Below, piece by piece: positions 8,550 to 16,918 of a stretch of 32,000 nucleotides of DNA. The position numbers were made by a program, and so were the translations under genes. Below the pieces are notes generated by a model that searched no databases, was not told the origin of the DNA, and was given only the letters and a program-made list of their open reading frames with translations. Position 1 is the stretch's first letter; the number at the start of each line of letters is the position of its first letter. The DNA is taken from the NCBI GenBank assembly GCA_964565945.1, contig CAZMGY010000025.1, positions 4,315-36,314 on the forward strand. Direction: 5' to 3'. The stretch is from an uncultured bacterium. Its GTDB lineage: Bacteria > GCA-001730085.

Positions 8550-8741
8550 CTAGATTTTCTTATAGTTTTGTCCCGTTTGGAGCAAACGGCTTTGTTCAGA
8601 TAAAGCCAAAACAAGTTTTTTCTCTGTAATGAAGCCACACTCCAAAGCGATTTGTCCAAAGTCTTTTTTACAAAATGACCAGATATTCCCAAGTTCCCCT
8701 TTTTTTGTTAAACTGCACAAAGTTGCTTTTGCATTAAGGTC
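8550..8741 (-). pseudogene. Possible fragment of a GspE-N/MshEN-type domain gene
   Basis: A 63-codon open frame with no ATG (internal TTG at 8720). It reads ...KGELGNIWSFCKKDFGQIALECGFITEKKLVLALSEQSRLLQTGQNYKKI*, resembling the repeated LGEILVEKGLITEEQLEEALEEQ motif of T2SSE N-terminal domains. Confidence 0.3.
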
Positions 8742-8807
8742 TTAGCATATTTGCAGCAAAAAAAGCAAAACTAACATTTTGACAATCAAATACAAGGATA
8801 CAGAGTC

Positions 8808-9221
8808 ATGGTTTCTACCGAAAATATTGATTTGGATTTCATTTTTGATAAACAAAGAGAACTCAACACACGCATTGAACCCGACCTCTACGAAAAGATG
8901 TCCGACCCAGACTTTCGTCGCCGTTGGTTTTTGAATTACACCTTAGCTTTGCAACAAGAAATTGCCGAAGCCATCGATAGCACACAATGGAAGTGGTGGA
9001 AAAAAGGCGAAGATGACTGGGACAACATTAAAATTGAACTGGTCGACATGCTTCACTTTTGGATCAGCATGTGCCAAGTAGCTGGCATGGATGCTCAAGA
9101 AGTTAAAGAGCTTTATCTTAAAAAAAACCAACTCAACCACACCCGTCAAGATCAAGGTTACAAAGAAGGAACCTATCAAAAAGTTGTCAATGGTCAAGAA
9201 GATAATCAAGCTCTTCTTTAG
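8808..9221 (+). CDS. All-alpha NTP pyrophosphohydrolase, dimeric dUTPase-like (dUTPase_2 type)
   Basis: The pattern FDKQRELNTRI...W...ALQQEIAEAIDSTQWKWWKK...IELVDMLHFWISM...Y..KNQLNHTRQDQGY matches my recollection of the dimeric dUTPase family. Its stop overlaps the convergent arsC stop by 4 nt. Confidence 0.6.
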   Translation: MVSTENIDLDFIFDKQRELNTRIEPDLYEKMSDPDFRRRWFLNYTLALQQEIAEAIDSTQWKWWKKGEDDWDNIKIELVDMLHFWISMCQVAGMDAQEVKELYLKKNQLNHTRQDQGYKEGTYQKVVNGQEDNQALL

Positions 9222-9607
9222 AGATTAAAGACCTCTTTAACCTTATTGCGAATGATATCACGGACTTGGGCAAACTTTTCTGGATCCATGTGTTTAGGAT
9301 CTGGTATGCCCCAGTCTAAGCGGTTTTTAGCTCGCACCACTGGACACGCATCCTCACAGCCCATAGTAATGGCATATTCATACTTGACCTGAGGAATCTC
9401 ATCAAGTGATTTAGACCCCTGCATACTCAGGTCATAGCCTACTTCGGCCATCGAAACAATTGCTTTGGGATTAACTTTTCCAGAAACTTTTGAACCCGAG
9501 CTAAAAATCTCCCAGCCTTCAGGAGCTAACATATGCGCAAAGCCTTCAGCCATTTGAGAGCGACACGAATTTTCAACACAAATAAACACGACATACTTTT
9601 TATCCAT
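9218..9607 (-). CDS. arsC: Arsenate reductase, LMW-PTPase (thioredoxin-coupled ArsC) family
   Basis: VVFICVENSCRSQMAEGF contains the CX5R(S) P-loop of LMW phosphatase-type ArsC. Size (129 aa) and the downstream Cys residues (GCEDACP) fit. Confidence 0.8.
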   Translation of the reverse strand: MDKKYVVFICVENSCRSQMAEGFAHMLAPEGWEIFSSGSKVSGKVNPKAIVSMAEVGYDLSMQGSKSLDEIPQVKYEYAITMGCEDACPVVRAKNRLDWGIPDPKHMDPEKFAQVRDIIRNKVKEVFNL

Positions 9608-9609
9608 TA

Positions 9610-9774
9610 CTATATCCTTTCGTTAACGACAAGAAGCTCCTGAACGTATACACAAACAGCTTTGTCTTTTCTAATTAAATTTTTGTTAGTACTTGTTAAC
9701 GTTGGATAAATCACATCTTTAGAAAATTTGGCCAAGCGCTCCAAGACCTCCCAAACACACTCATCCCAAGACAA
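9610..9774 (-). pseudogene. Possible 5'-truncated ArsR/SmtB-type repressor relic immediately upstream of arsC
   Basis: The frame (TTG)SWDECVWEVLERLAKFSKDVIYPTLTSTNKNLIRKDKAVCVYVQELLVVNERI* aligns in spacing with E. coli ArsR GELCVCDLCTALDQSQPKISRHLALLRESGLLLDRKQGKWVHY. It has only about 54 codons, no ATG, and the recognition-helix residues are degraded. The similarity is weak. Confidence 0.3.
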
Positions 9775-9802
9775 TATATTGCCTCACGAGCTCTATAAAA
9801 TC

Positions 9803-10483
9803 CTAGACTCGTATCGCTCGCAACATATGATGCTTACGAGGAGATCCTTGCAAACGCTCTAAAGAAAAACCCACCTCTTTCAATGCCTGCTTCACCGTTC
9901 CACGTGATGCATAGGTCACCACGACACCTCCTGGTTTCAGGGACTCATAGATGTTACGAAAAACATCAACCGTCCACAACTCTGGCTGAACACCTGGAGA
10001 AAAGGCATCAAAATAGACAAGGTCATACACGTTTTTTTCCATAAAAAACTCTAGCAAAGATTCTTGTTTTTTATGAAAAGAAAAACGATCCGACAAAGAA
10101 TGTTCAATCCCCCAGGAGCAATAATGCATCTTATCAAAAACCTCTTTGTTAGCAACGTCCAGCTGCAACAATTCCCAATAGTTCAGCGATTGATATTGCT
10201 CCATTGTTAAAGGATCTATTTCGAGAGTTGTATAATCAACATGCCAATGAACCTGTGCCAAGCTTTCCAAATAGGTTAAAATCGCGTTCAAACCTGTTCC
10301 AAAACCCATTTCTAAAATCGAAAACTTGCTTTGCTTTTGAGCCATATAGTGTAACCCACTAGAAATATAAACATGTCGTGATTCAGCAATGGCCCCAAAC
10401 CACGAATGATAATACTCATCCATATCGGGCAAATATATCGTGTAAGAACCCTCTTCTGTTTTGAATAATTCTTTACGATTCAT
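9803..10483 (-). CDS. mnmD: tRNA (mnm5s2U34) methyltransferase, MnmD / MnmC methyltransferase-domain-only type
   Basis: ILEMGFGTGLNA (SAM motif), YFDAFSPGVQPELWT and the overall 226 aa size match the DUF752/MnmD family. Confidence 0.75.
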   Translation of the reverse strand: MNRKELFKTEEGSYTIYLPDMDEYYHSWFGAIAESRHVYISSGLHYMAQKQSKFSILEMGFGTGLNAILTYLESLAQVHWHVDYTTLEIDPLTMEQYQSLNYWELLQLDVANKEVFDKMHYCSWGIEHSLSDRFSFHKKQESLLEFFMEKNVYDLVYFDAFSPGVQPELWTVDVFRNIYESLKPGGVVVTYASRGTVKQALKEVGFSLERLQGSPRKHHMLRAIRV

Positions 10484-10492
10484 ATATTTCTA

Positions 10493-11770
10493 TTACACTG
10501 ACGATGATGATTCCAAAAGAGCATCGCTCTCCTCGGTCTCTGAACTCACTAACGATTTAGGTCTTTTTTCCAATTGAGCAACATTGTCAACATCACTCTT
10601 CGAGGATATCCCCAAATCCTTGAATTTACGAACCGAAACCAAAACCCGACTTTCCAGGCTGGCAACGGATTGATTAAACGCGTCCGTAGCTTTTTCAAGA
10701 GACCGCCCCACTTTGCTATAATGGTCGACAAATTTAGCCAACCGTTCATACAACTCAGCACCTAACTGGCTGATTTCTTGGGCATTATGGGTCAGCTGTT
10801 CTTGACGCCAACCATAAGACACAGCTCGTAATAGTGCAATCAAAGTAGTTGGTGTTGAAATAATCACTTTCTGATGAATCCCATCTTCAATCAGGTTCTT
10901 CTCGAACTCCACCGCCACGCTAAAAAAAGATTCCCCAGGAATAAACATCACCACAAAGTCAAGACTTTCTTCGAATTGATCCCAATAAGATTTCTTGGCC
11001 AACCGTCGCATATGGTGCACCACATGCTGCGCGTGTCTCCTTAAACATTGCTCTTTTTCTTCGTCACTTTCAGCCTCTAAAGCCTCTAAATAAGCCTGCA
11101 AGGGCACCTTAGCATCGACAACAATCTTTCGGTTGTCAGGTAAATGAACCATCATATCGGGTCGCAAAAGCCCTTCGCCCCTATTCACCGTCGTTTGTTC
11201 ATAAAAATCACAATGCTCAATAAGTCCTGCCAACTCCGCAACACGCTTTAGAGTCATTTCTCCCCACCGCCCACGCACCTGAGGTTTTTTTAAGGCAGAG
11301 ACAAGGTTGCCTGTCTCTTTTTTGAGTTCGCGATTACTTTCTAATAAAAAACGCAACTGTTCTTCCAAGCCACCATACGTTTTTTGCCTTGTTTCCTCTA
11401 GCTTTTGGTTCTGCTCTTCAACCTTCTTCAACATATCCTGAATTGGCTGAACCAGATGGGCAATGCTATCCTCTTTTTGATTCAGCTTACCCTCGGCTTT
11501 GAGCAAAACCTTTTCCAAAGACGACTGAGCCATTTGCATAAACACAGAATGATTGCTCTCCAATGCTTTTTGGGACAAAACTTTAAAAGTATCACCTAAG
11601 GCATTTTGCATATCAGCACTGCGTTTATATTCTTGTTCGAGATTTTTAAGAGATGTTTCTAGCTCGATTTGAGTCTTCAAGTATTGGTGTTTCTGCTGAA
11701 TGAAACGCCAATAGGCAATGGCCGAAGCCACAGCAAAACCCAGTAAACAATAAAGCCAAGATGCCTTCAT
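10493..11770 (-). CDS. rmuC: DNA recombination protein RmuC
   Basis: An N-terminal TM helix and long coiled coil are followed by WGEMTLKRVAELAG...RPDMMVHLPDNRKIVVDAKVPL...VMFIPGES, the RmuC nuclease-like core. Preferred start is ATG 11770 (MKASWLY...) with GGAGGTG 6 nt upstream; the track start at 11806 is further 5'. Confidence 0.85.
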   Translation of the reverse strand: MKASWLYCLLGFAVASAIAYWRFIQQKHQYLKTQIELETSLKNLEQEYKRSADMQNALGDTFKVLSQKALESNHSVFMQMAQSSLEKVLLKAEGKLNQKEDSIAHLVQPIQDMLKKVEEQNQKLEETRQKTYGGLEEQLRFLLESNRELKKETGNLVSALKKPQVRGRWGEMTLKRVAELAGLIEHCDFYEQTTVNRGEGLLRPDMMVHLPDNRKIVVDAKVPLQAYLEALEAESDEEKEQCLRRHAQHVVHHMRRLAKKSYWDQFEESLDFVVMFIPGESFFSVAVEFEKNLIEDGIHQKVIISTPTTLIALLRAVSYGWRQEQLTHNAQEISQLGAELYERLAKFVDHYSKVGRSLEKATDAFNQSVASLESRVLVSVRKFKDLGISSKSDVDNVAQLEKRPKSLVSSETEESDALLESSSSV

Positions 11771-12231
11771 AGCCACACCTCCATCTATAGGCTTTAGTGG
11801 CGTCAATCACATATTTGGCAATTAACATCCCTTCAAGCAAAGGATAAGAATTTTTTCCCTAACAAGAACCGATCCTTGTAAGTTTCAGGCTCACCTTCGG
11901 AATCATTGCAAACCAGGTACTTAACCAGAGCTTGCTCACCACGCATATCACTCCATTTGACAAAAGCCAGAAACACAGCTCTTCCGCGTCCACAAAGGCC
12001 AGTTTTTTTGATTTTTTCAATCACTTATTCCAGGCTCATGCCCCACACACGCTTAATACCCTTAAGCCCCTTTGTCAACGCCCTATTATAACAAAGCCTA
12101 CCATCCAATCCAATTAGAAAATAAAGTCCTGCTCCAACAGGAGCCTGTGGCATTAACTGTTTGTGATGCAAAATGGGAAGCACCTCCTTGTCGGAAAACA
12201 GGGTCCCCTTTTTTTTGTAATAACCATCCAA
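11771..12231 (-). pseudogene. nuoF: Relic of a NuoF-type (NADH-binding 51 kDa subunit family) gene, N-terminal ~150 codons with nonsense and frameshift
   Basis: Track ORFs 12025-12231 and 11833-12024 are in one frame separated by TAA: ...YNRALTKGLKGIKRVWGMSLE*(V)IEKIKKTGLCGRGRAVFLAFVKWSDMRGEQALVKYLVCNDSEGEPETYKDRFLL. Compare E. coli NuoF [29 protein letters not shown]...YLLCNADEMEPGTYKDRLLM. A shifted frame continues LEGMLIAKYVIDATKAYR (NuoF VEGMLISAFALKAYRGY). The rest of the gene is missing. Confidence 0.7.
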
Positions 12232-12324
12232 AAGAAAAAACCTCTGGCTTGAATAAGACTTTTATGATCATAGGGTTGATAGGTCATCTTTCGATTTAAA
12301 AAAACGATAAACACTCAAAAAGAG

Positions 12325-12398
12325 TAGCGGCGCAGGGACTCGAACCCCAGACACGAGGATTATGATTCCTCTGCTCTAACCAACTGAGCTACGCCGCC
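12325..12398 (-). tRNA. tRNA with CAU anticodon (elongator Met; a lysidine-modified Ile2 cannot be excluded)
   Basis: The minus strand reads GGCGGCGTAGCTCAGTTGGTTAGAGCAGAGGAATCATAATCCTCGTGTCTGGGGTTCGAGTCCCTGCGCCGCTA. I folded the cloverleaf by hand: 7-bp acceptor stem (G1-U72), D arm GCTC/GAGC, anticodon stem GAGGA/TCCTC with loop ATCATAA, and a GGTTCGAGTCC T arm. CCA is not encoded. Confidence 0.85.
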
Positions 12399-12789
12399 AT
12401 TAAGATCCAATAATGTACTATACCTAGAACCTTTCGTCAAGCTTGTTTCAAGAACCTCTAAAACTACCTCACATTTTCTTTTCTGTCTTCATCCCTACGG
12501 ACAAACGCCACCTAAAATTTATTCCCTGGAACAAACGTATAAAAATTTCGTTTAAATTCTCTAATATTCAGCATAAGGGGACAACCTGCAGCAGGTGTAA
12601 ACACGTAAACCAGAACATTCGCCTCGGGAAACTACTCTGACAACTCACTTGTTCAAAAGCGTAAACTTTTGCCAGCGCCAAAGCTTGCAAATAAGAAGGC
12701 CTCTCTACAAGGGATACAACAATAATAAATGAACATACCAACCGATTCATAACAACCGCTGTGTAAGTCATTCCCAGAAGATATTCTAT

Positions 12790-12873
12790 TGTCGAAGGGG
12801 GGACTTGAACCCCCACGAGATTATCTCTCACTAGCCCCTCAAGCTAACGTGTCTACCATTCCACCACTTCGAC
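12790..12873 (-). tRNA. tRNA-Leu (GAG anticodon), class II with long variable arm
   Basis: The minus strand reads GTCGAAGTGGTGGAATGGTAGACACGTTAGCTTGAGGGGCTAGTGAGAGATAATCTCGTGGGGGTTCAAGTCCCCCCTTCGACA. Acceptor stem GTCGAAG/CTTCGAC, anticodon loop TTGAGGG, long variable arm, T arm GGGGG-TTCAAGT-CCCCC. Confidence 0.85.
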
Positions 12874-13079
12874 GACATGATAATTGATCATCTATTCTAT
12901 GATAGATCGACAATAAAGGAAATGAAAAGGTTCAAAAACTTATTTTTTAACGAACAAATAGTGACTAAACATCCCCTCACGGCCTTGAGCCAAGCCAAAC
13001 AACTAAGCAATAGCGACAGCCATGAAGAAAATTCTCCAGTAATGGACGAAAATCTCGCTTTAATCTCTTTAAATATCGA

Positions 13080-14075
13080 TTAAATGTCAGTGGAATGAGC
13101 ATCTATATTGTCAAGCCCAGCATTGCGAACAGAACAATCGTTTAAGCATCCTTGAAAGCTATTGCGCCGTTCAAGCTCTCGTTCTATACCGTTCAGAATA
13201 TCTTGTTTATTACGACTCCATTCAGGCACATACAAGTCCTTAAGGATAGGATCCCCGTTTAAACGCTCAATCACCATATAAGACAACAAACGCTCAAGGC
13301 TATCGCAAACAATGTTAATGTAATCCTCTTGGCTCAACAAATCAAACTGATAGTCATCATAAAATTTTTGTAAAGATGTGTTTTTTTCTATATAAAGGTT
13401 ATGAATCTTAATGGCTTCCAAATCGAGTTGTGCCACACGGTCCACAGTCGTCATCATATCGGCATAACTCTCATGAGGTAAACCCATAATCAAATGAGTG
13501 CAGATTTTCATATCATAATTACGGGTTAATTGAACGGCTTTTTCAAAATTAGCCCAGGTGTCTATCCGGTTAATCAAGGTGAGTGTGCGGTCGTGCGATG
13601 ATTCTAAGCCATATTCCATCCAAACTTCATAGTCTTGAGTGAACTGATTGATCATGTCTAACTTTTCACGATCAATACAGTCTGGACGAGTCCCAATAGC
13701 CAGAGACACAATATCGGGGTGGCACAATGCTTGCTTATAAATCTCTTCGAGTTCATCCACTGGAGCGTAGGTATTGGTGAATGCCTGAAAATAGATCATC
13801 ACCTTCTTAGCCTTGTAACCTTGTTTGACAAATTCGATTCCTTGCAAAACTTGTTCACGCACAGGAATCTTTTTCTTACCCGACCCTGAACCTTGAGCAT
13901 TGCAATAAATGCAACCACCTTTCGCCACAAAGCCATCCCGATTAGGACATGTAAACCCAGCATCGAGCACCACTTTATAAACTTTACAGCCAAAGCGTTG
14001 CTTTAAATAAGTGCTAAAGTCGAAGTAGCGCTTGCCTGGAGCAAAATGCTCTGGCAAGCTAAAAGAATTAGTCAT
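13080..14075 (-). CDS. Radical SAM protein, TIGR01212 (YhcC-like) family
   Basis: KVVLDAGFTCPNRDG...GGCIYCN is the family's unusual Cys cluster, and AIGTRPDC and the MEYGLESSHD blocks are present. Preferred start is ATG 14075 (MTNSFSLPE...), which removes most of the overlap with serA. Confidence 0.75.
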   Translation of the reverse strand: MTNSFSLPEHFAPGKRYFDFSTYLKQRFGCKVYKVVLDAGFTCPNRDGFVAKGGCIYCNAQGSGSGKKKIPVREQVLQGIEFVKQGYKAKKVMIYFQAFTNTYAPVDELEEIYKQALCHPDIVSLAIGTRPDCIDREKLDMINQFTQDYEVWMEYGLESSHDRTLTLINRIDTWANFEKAVQLTRNYDMKICTHLIMGLPHESYADMMTTVDRVAQLDLEAIKIHNLYIEKNTSLQKFYDDYQFDLLSQEDYINIVCDSLERLLSYMVIERLNGDPILKDLYVPEWSRNKQDILNGIERELERRNSFQGCLNDCSVRNAGLDNIDAHSTDI

Positions 14076-15669
14076 CAAACTTAACAAGGTCGGCTTGGAC
14101 AATATCGTCCAAGGAACGAATATTTTTAAGAACTTCATCGGTCACAAAATCATCAACATTGAAGACAGTGATCGCATGCTCCCCTTTAACCTTCCGGCCA
14201 AGGGTCATATTGGCAATATTGATATTGTTTTCGCCTAAAATGCTTCCAATCCGCCCAATAAAACCAGGTTTATCGATATTTTTGCACACCAAAACATTAC
14301 CCTTGGGTTGCATGTCCACATGATGCCCATCAATACGAATAATCCGTGTGTCATGTTTGCCAAACGTCGTTCCCGCAACACTCACTTGTGTTCCGTCATC
14401 CAAAGTAACGGTTGCACGAATCAAAGAAGAAAAGTCTTCCGACTGCCCTTTTTTCTCGACATTGATCGAAATGCCACGCTCCTTAGCAATAAAACGCGCA
14501 TTCACATCGTTCACATCGGTTTCCAAAATAGGTTGAAGCAAACCTTTAACCACAGAAACAGTTAAAGGAGTAATCTCGAGTTCAGCCAAATCACCAAAAT
14601 AGCTCACGGTTAAATCCGTGTAGCGACCACGCTTAAGATAGGACAACATGTTGCCTAAATGCTCGGCAAGGTTCAAAAATGGCTCAATCTCGGCAAAAAC
14701 TTCGGGAGCCACCTGAACATAATTCACCGCATTCTTAATCTTTTGCTCTTTGAGCATATCTACCACTTGATTGGACACATCAATCGCCACATTTTCTTGA
14801 GCTTCTTTGGTCGACGCCCCCATATGTGGCGTCATTACAACACAATCTAAATCATAAAAAGGGTGATTGTCTTCGGGAGGCTCAGACATATAGGCATCAA
14901 AAGCCGCTCCCGCCACTTGTCCCTCGTTAATAGCATCAACAAGAGCCATTTCATCAACAAGACCACCGCGCGCGCAATTAATAATCCGCACACCTTTTTT
15001 CATTTTGGCAAAGGTCTCTTTGTTAATCAAATTTTGGGTTTCATCAGTCAAAGGTGTATGCAAGGTGATAAAATCCGCCTGAGCAAACACGTCATCTAAT
15101 TCATTGCTAATCTCGATGCCTAAAGAACTTGCTGACTCTGAAACGGCATAGGGATCGTAAGCAATAATCTCCATCCCAAACGACTGCATCCTCTTGGCTA
15201 CCTCGCGCCCAATGCGCCCAAAACCGACAATGCCCAAAGTCTTGCCAAACAACTCCGTCCCCATAAAGCCCTTACGATCCCATTTCTTTTGCTTCATTGA
15301 AGCATTAGCCTGAGGAATATTGCGCGCCAAAGATAAGAGCATGCTAATGGTCAATTCCGCTGTCGACAAGGTATTGCCCGCAGGAGCATTCATCACCACA
15401 ATACCCTTGCAACTAGCCGCCTCAACATCAACATTATCAACACCCACACCAGCACGACCAACAACCTTAAGTTGATCAGCAGCATCCAAAATGTCCGCTG
15501 TCAGTGTCGTTCCACTTCGAATCAGAATGGCATCATACCCCAAAATTTCTTGTTTCAACTCATCAGGAGATAAGCCCAATTTTTCATCGACTTGAATATC
15601 ATCATAAGCTTGCAAGATCGCTAAGCCTTTATCCGACAGCTTATCGGTCACTAAAACTTTATGTGTCAC
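14068..15669 (-). CDS. serA: D-3-phosphoglycerate dehydrogenase (long form with ACT domain)
   Basis: KVLVTDKLSDKGLAIL, GRAGVGVDNVD, the GIVGFGRIGREVA Rossmann motif, CARGGLVDE and a C-terminal ACT-like region. Preferred start is GTG 15669 with AGAAGGGG upstream; the track start at 15738 overlaps dnaJ. Confidence 0.9.
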   Translation of the reverse strand: MTHKVLVTDKLSDKGLAILQAYDDIQVDEKLGLSPDELKQEILGYDAILIRSGTTLTADILDAADQLKVVGRAGVGVDNVDVEAASCKGIVVMNAPAGNTLSTAELTISMLLSLARNIPQANASMKQKKWDRKGFMGTELFGKTLGIVGFGRIGREVAKRMQSFGMEIIAYDPYAVSESASSLGIEISNELDDVFAQADFITLHTPLTDETQNLINKETFAKMKKGVRIINCARGGLVDEMALVDAINEGQVAGAAFDAYMSEPPEDNHPFYDLDCVVMTPHMGASTKEAQENVAIDVSNQVVDMLKEQKIKNAVNYVQVAPEVFAEIEPFLNLAEHLGNMLSYLKRGRYTDLTVSYFGDLAELEITPLTVSVVKGLLQPILETDVNDVNARFIAKERGISINVEKKGQSEDFSSLIRATVTLDDGTQVSVAGTTFGKHDTRIIRIDGHHVDMQPKGNVLVCKNIDKPGFIGRIGSILGENNINIANMTLGRKVKGEHAITVFNVDDFVTDEVLKNIRSLDDIVQADLVKFDD

Positions 15670-15692
15670 AGCTAAACCCCTTCTCTTAGGCT

Positions 15693-16811
15693 TTAAGCCC
15701 CTAAGGCATCTTTCACTTTTTGAAAAAAGCTTTTGCACATGGGCTGAACATCTTCTCCACTAATACTGGCAAATTCATTCAACAACTTATGTTGCTGTTC
15801 ATTCAATTTGGTCGGAGTCTCAACAATCACTCGAATCAATTGATCTCCGTGACCATAGCCCCTCACATTGGCAATTCCTTTACCTCTTAGGCGAAATACT
15901 TTCCCCGACTGTGTTCCCGCAGGTACTTTAATTTTACTACGTCCTTCCAAAGTTGGCACTTCAATTTCTGTACCTAAGGCCGCTTGGGCAAAACTAATCG
16001 GAACCTCGCAAATCACATCGTCATCCACACGCTCAAAGAAATCATGGACACGCACCGACATCACAACATACAAGTCACCACGAGGCCCTCCCTGAGGTCC
16101 AGCCTCACCTTCTCCACTCACTCGCAATGTCGTCCCACGTGCAACTCCTGCAGGAATGCGCACGCTAACTTTGTCGCGCGAATTAACAACACCTCGTCCA
16201 GCACAGCTAGAACAAGGCTTTTCAACACGTGAACCGCGACCAGCACACGCATGACACGTACGAGCCATACTAAAGACCCCTTGGGATACCCGTGTTTGAC
16301 CAGAACCTCCGCATTGGTGACAGGTCACCCTTTGCGATCCCGCCGCAGCACCAAAACCAGAACAGGTTGAACAAGTGGTTTCACGCTGGACTTGCATGTT
16401 TTTTTCGATACCAAAGGCAGCTTCCTCAAAAGTAAGCTCTACACTCACTTTAAGATCGGCACCTAGACGCGTCCCTGAAGAACGTCGCCCTCCGCCACCG
16501 CCAAAAAAATTCTCGAAAATATCCCCCAAATCAACGTCTTCAACCCCCTGAAAGCCACCGCCTCTAAATCCAAAGCCGTCACCTCCGCCAGCAGAATGAC
16601 CAAGGTGATCATACGTGCCCCGCTTTTGCTCATCGCTTAAAACACTGTAGGCTTCGGAACATTCTTTGAATTTCTCCTCGGCCTCGGGGTTGTCGGGGTT
16701 ACGATCGGGGTGGTATTTAGCCGCTAATTTGCGATAAGATTTTTTAATTTCATCTTTCGAAACGTTACGCTGAACACCTAAAACCTCATAATAATCACGT
16801 TTTTCAACCAC
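15693..16811 (-). CDS. dnaJ: Molecular chaperone DnaJ
   Basis: J-domain DYYEVLGV...YHPDRNP, a G/F-rich linker, four CxxCxGxG zinc-finger repeats and the C-terminal substrate domains. GTG start with AAGGAA upstream. Confidence 0.95.
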   Translation of the reverse strand: MVEKRDYYEVLGVQRNVSKDEIKKSYRKLAAKYHPDRNPDNPEAEEKFKECSEAYSVLSDEQKRGTYDHLGHSAGGGDGFGFRGGGFQGVEDVDLGDIFENFFGGGGGRRSSGTRLGADLKVSVELTFEEAAFGIEKNMQVQRETTCSTCSGFGAAAGSQRVTCHQCGGSGQTRVSQGVFSMARTCHACAGRGSRVEKPCSSCAGRGVVNSRDKVSVRIPAGVARGTTLRVSGEGEAGPQGGPRGDLYVVMSVRVHDFFERVDDDVICEVPISFAQAALGTEIEVPTLEGRSKIKVPAGTQSGKVFRLRGKGIANVRGYGHGDQLIRVIVETPTKLNEQQHKLLNEFASISGEDVQPMCKSFFQKVKDALGA

Positions 16812-16875
16812 AATATTGTTTCCTTGTCATACAGATTCTCTTCCCTCCTCGTCCTTACAAAGAAAGAGCACGGTT

Positions 16876-16902
16876 ATCCCGCGACGCTAGAAATCGCGGG
16901 AT
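16876..16902 (-). other. Perfect 9-bp-stem hairpin in the dnaK-dnaJ intergenic region
   Basis: ATCCCGCGA-N9-TCGCGGGAT, GC-rich, 17 nt after the dnaK stop. No strong U-tract follows, so it is more likely an attenuator or mRNA-stability element than a full terminator. Confidence 0.35.
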
Positions 16903-16918
16903 CCACAACCTTAATTAT

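Noticed and set aside
12877-13083. 68-aa plus-strand ORF between tRNA-Leu and the TIGR01212 gene
   Set aside because: No SD, no recognisable family, and it ends overlapping a convergent gene. I cannot support it as a gene, although it is not excluded.
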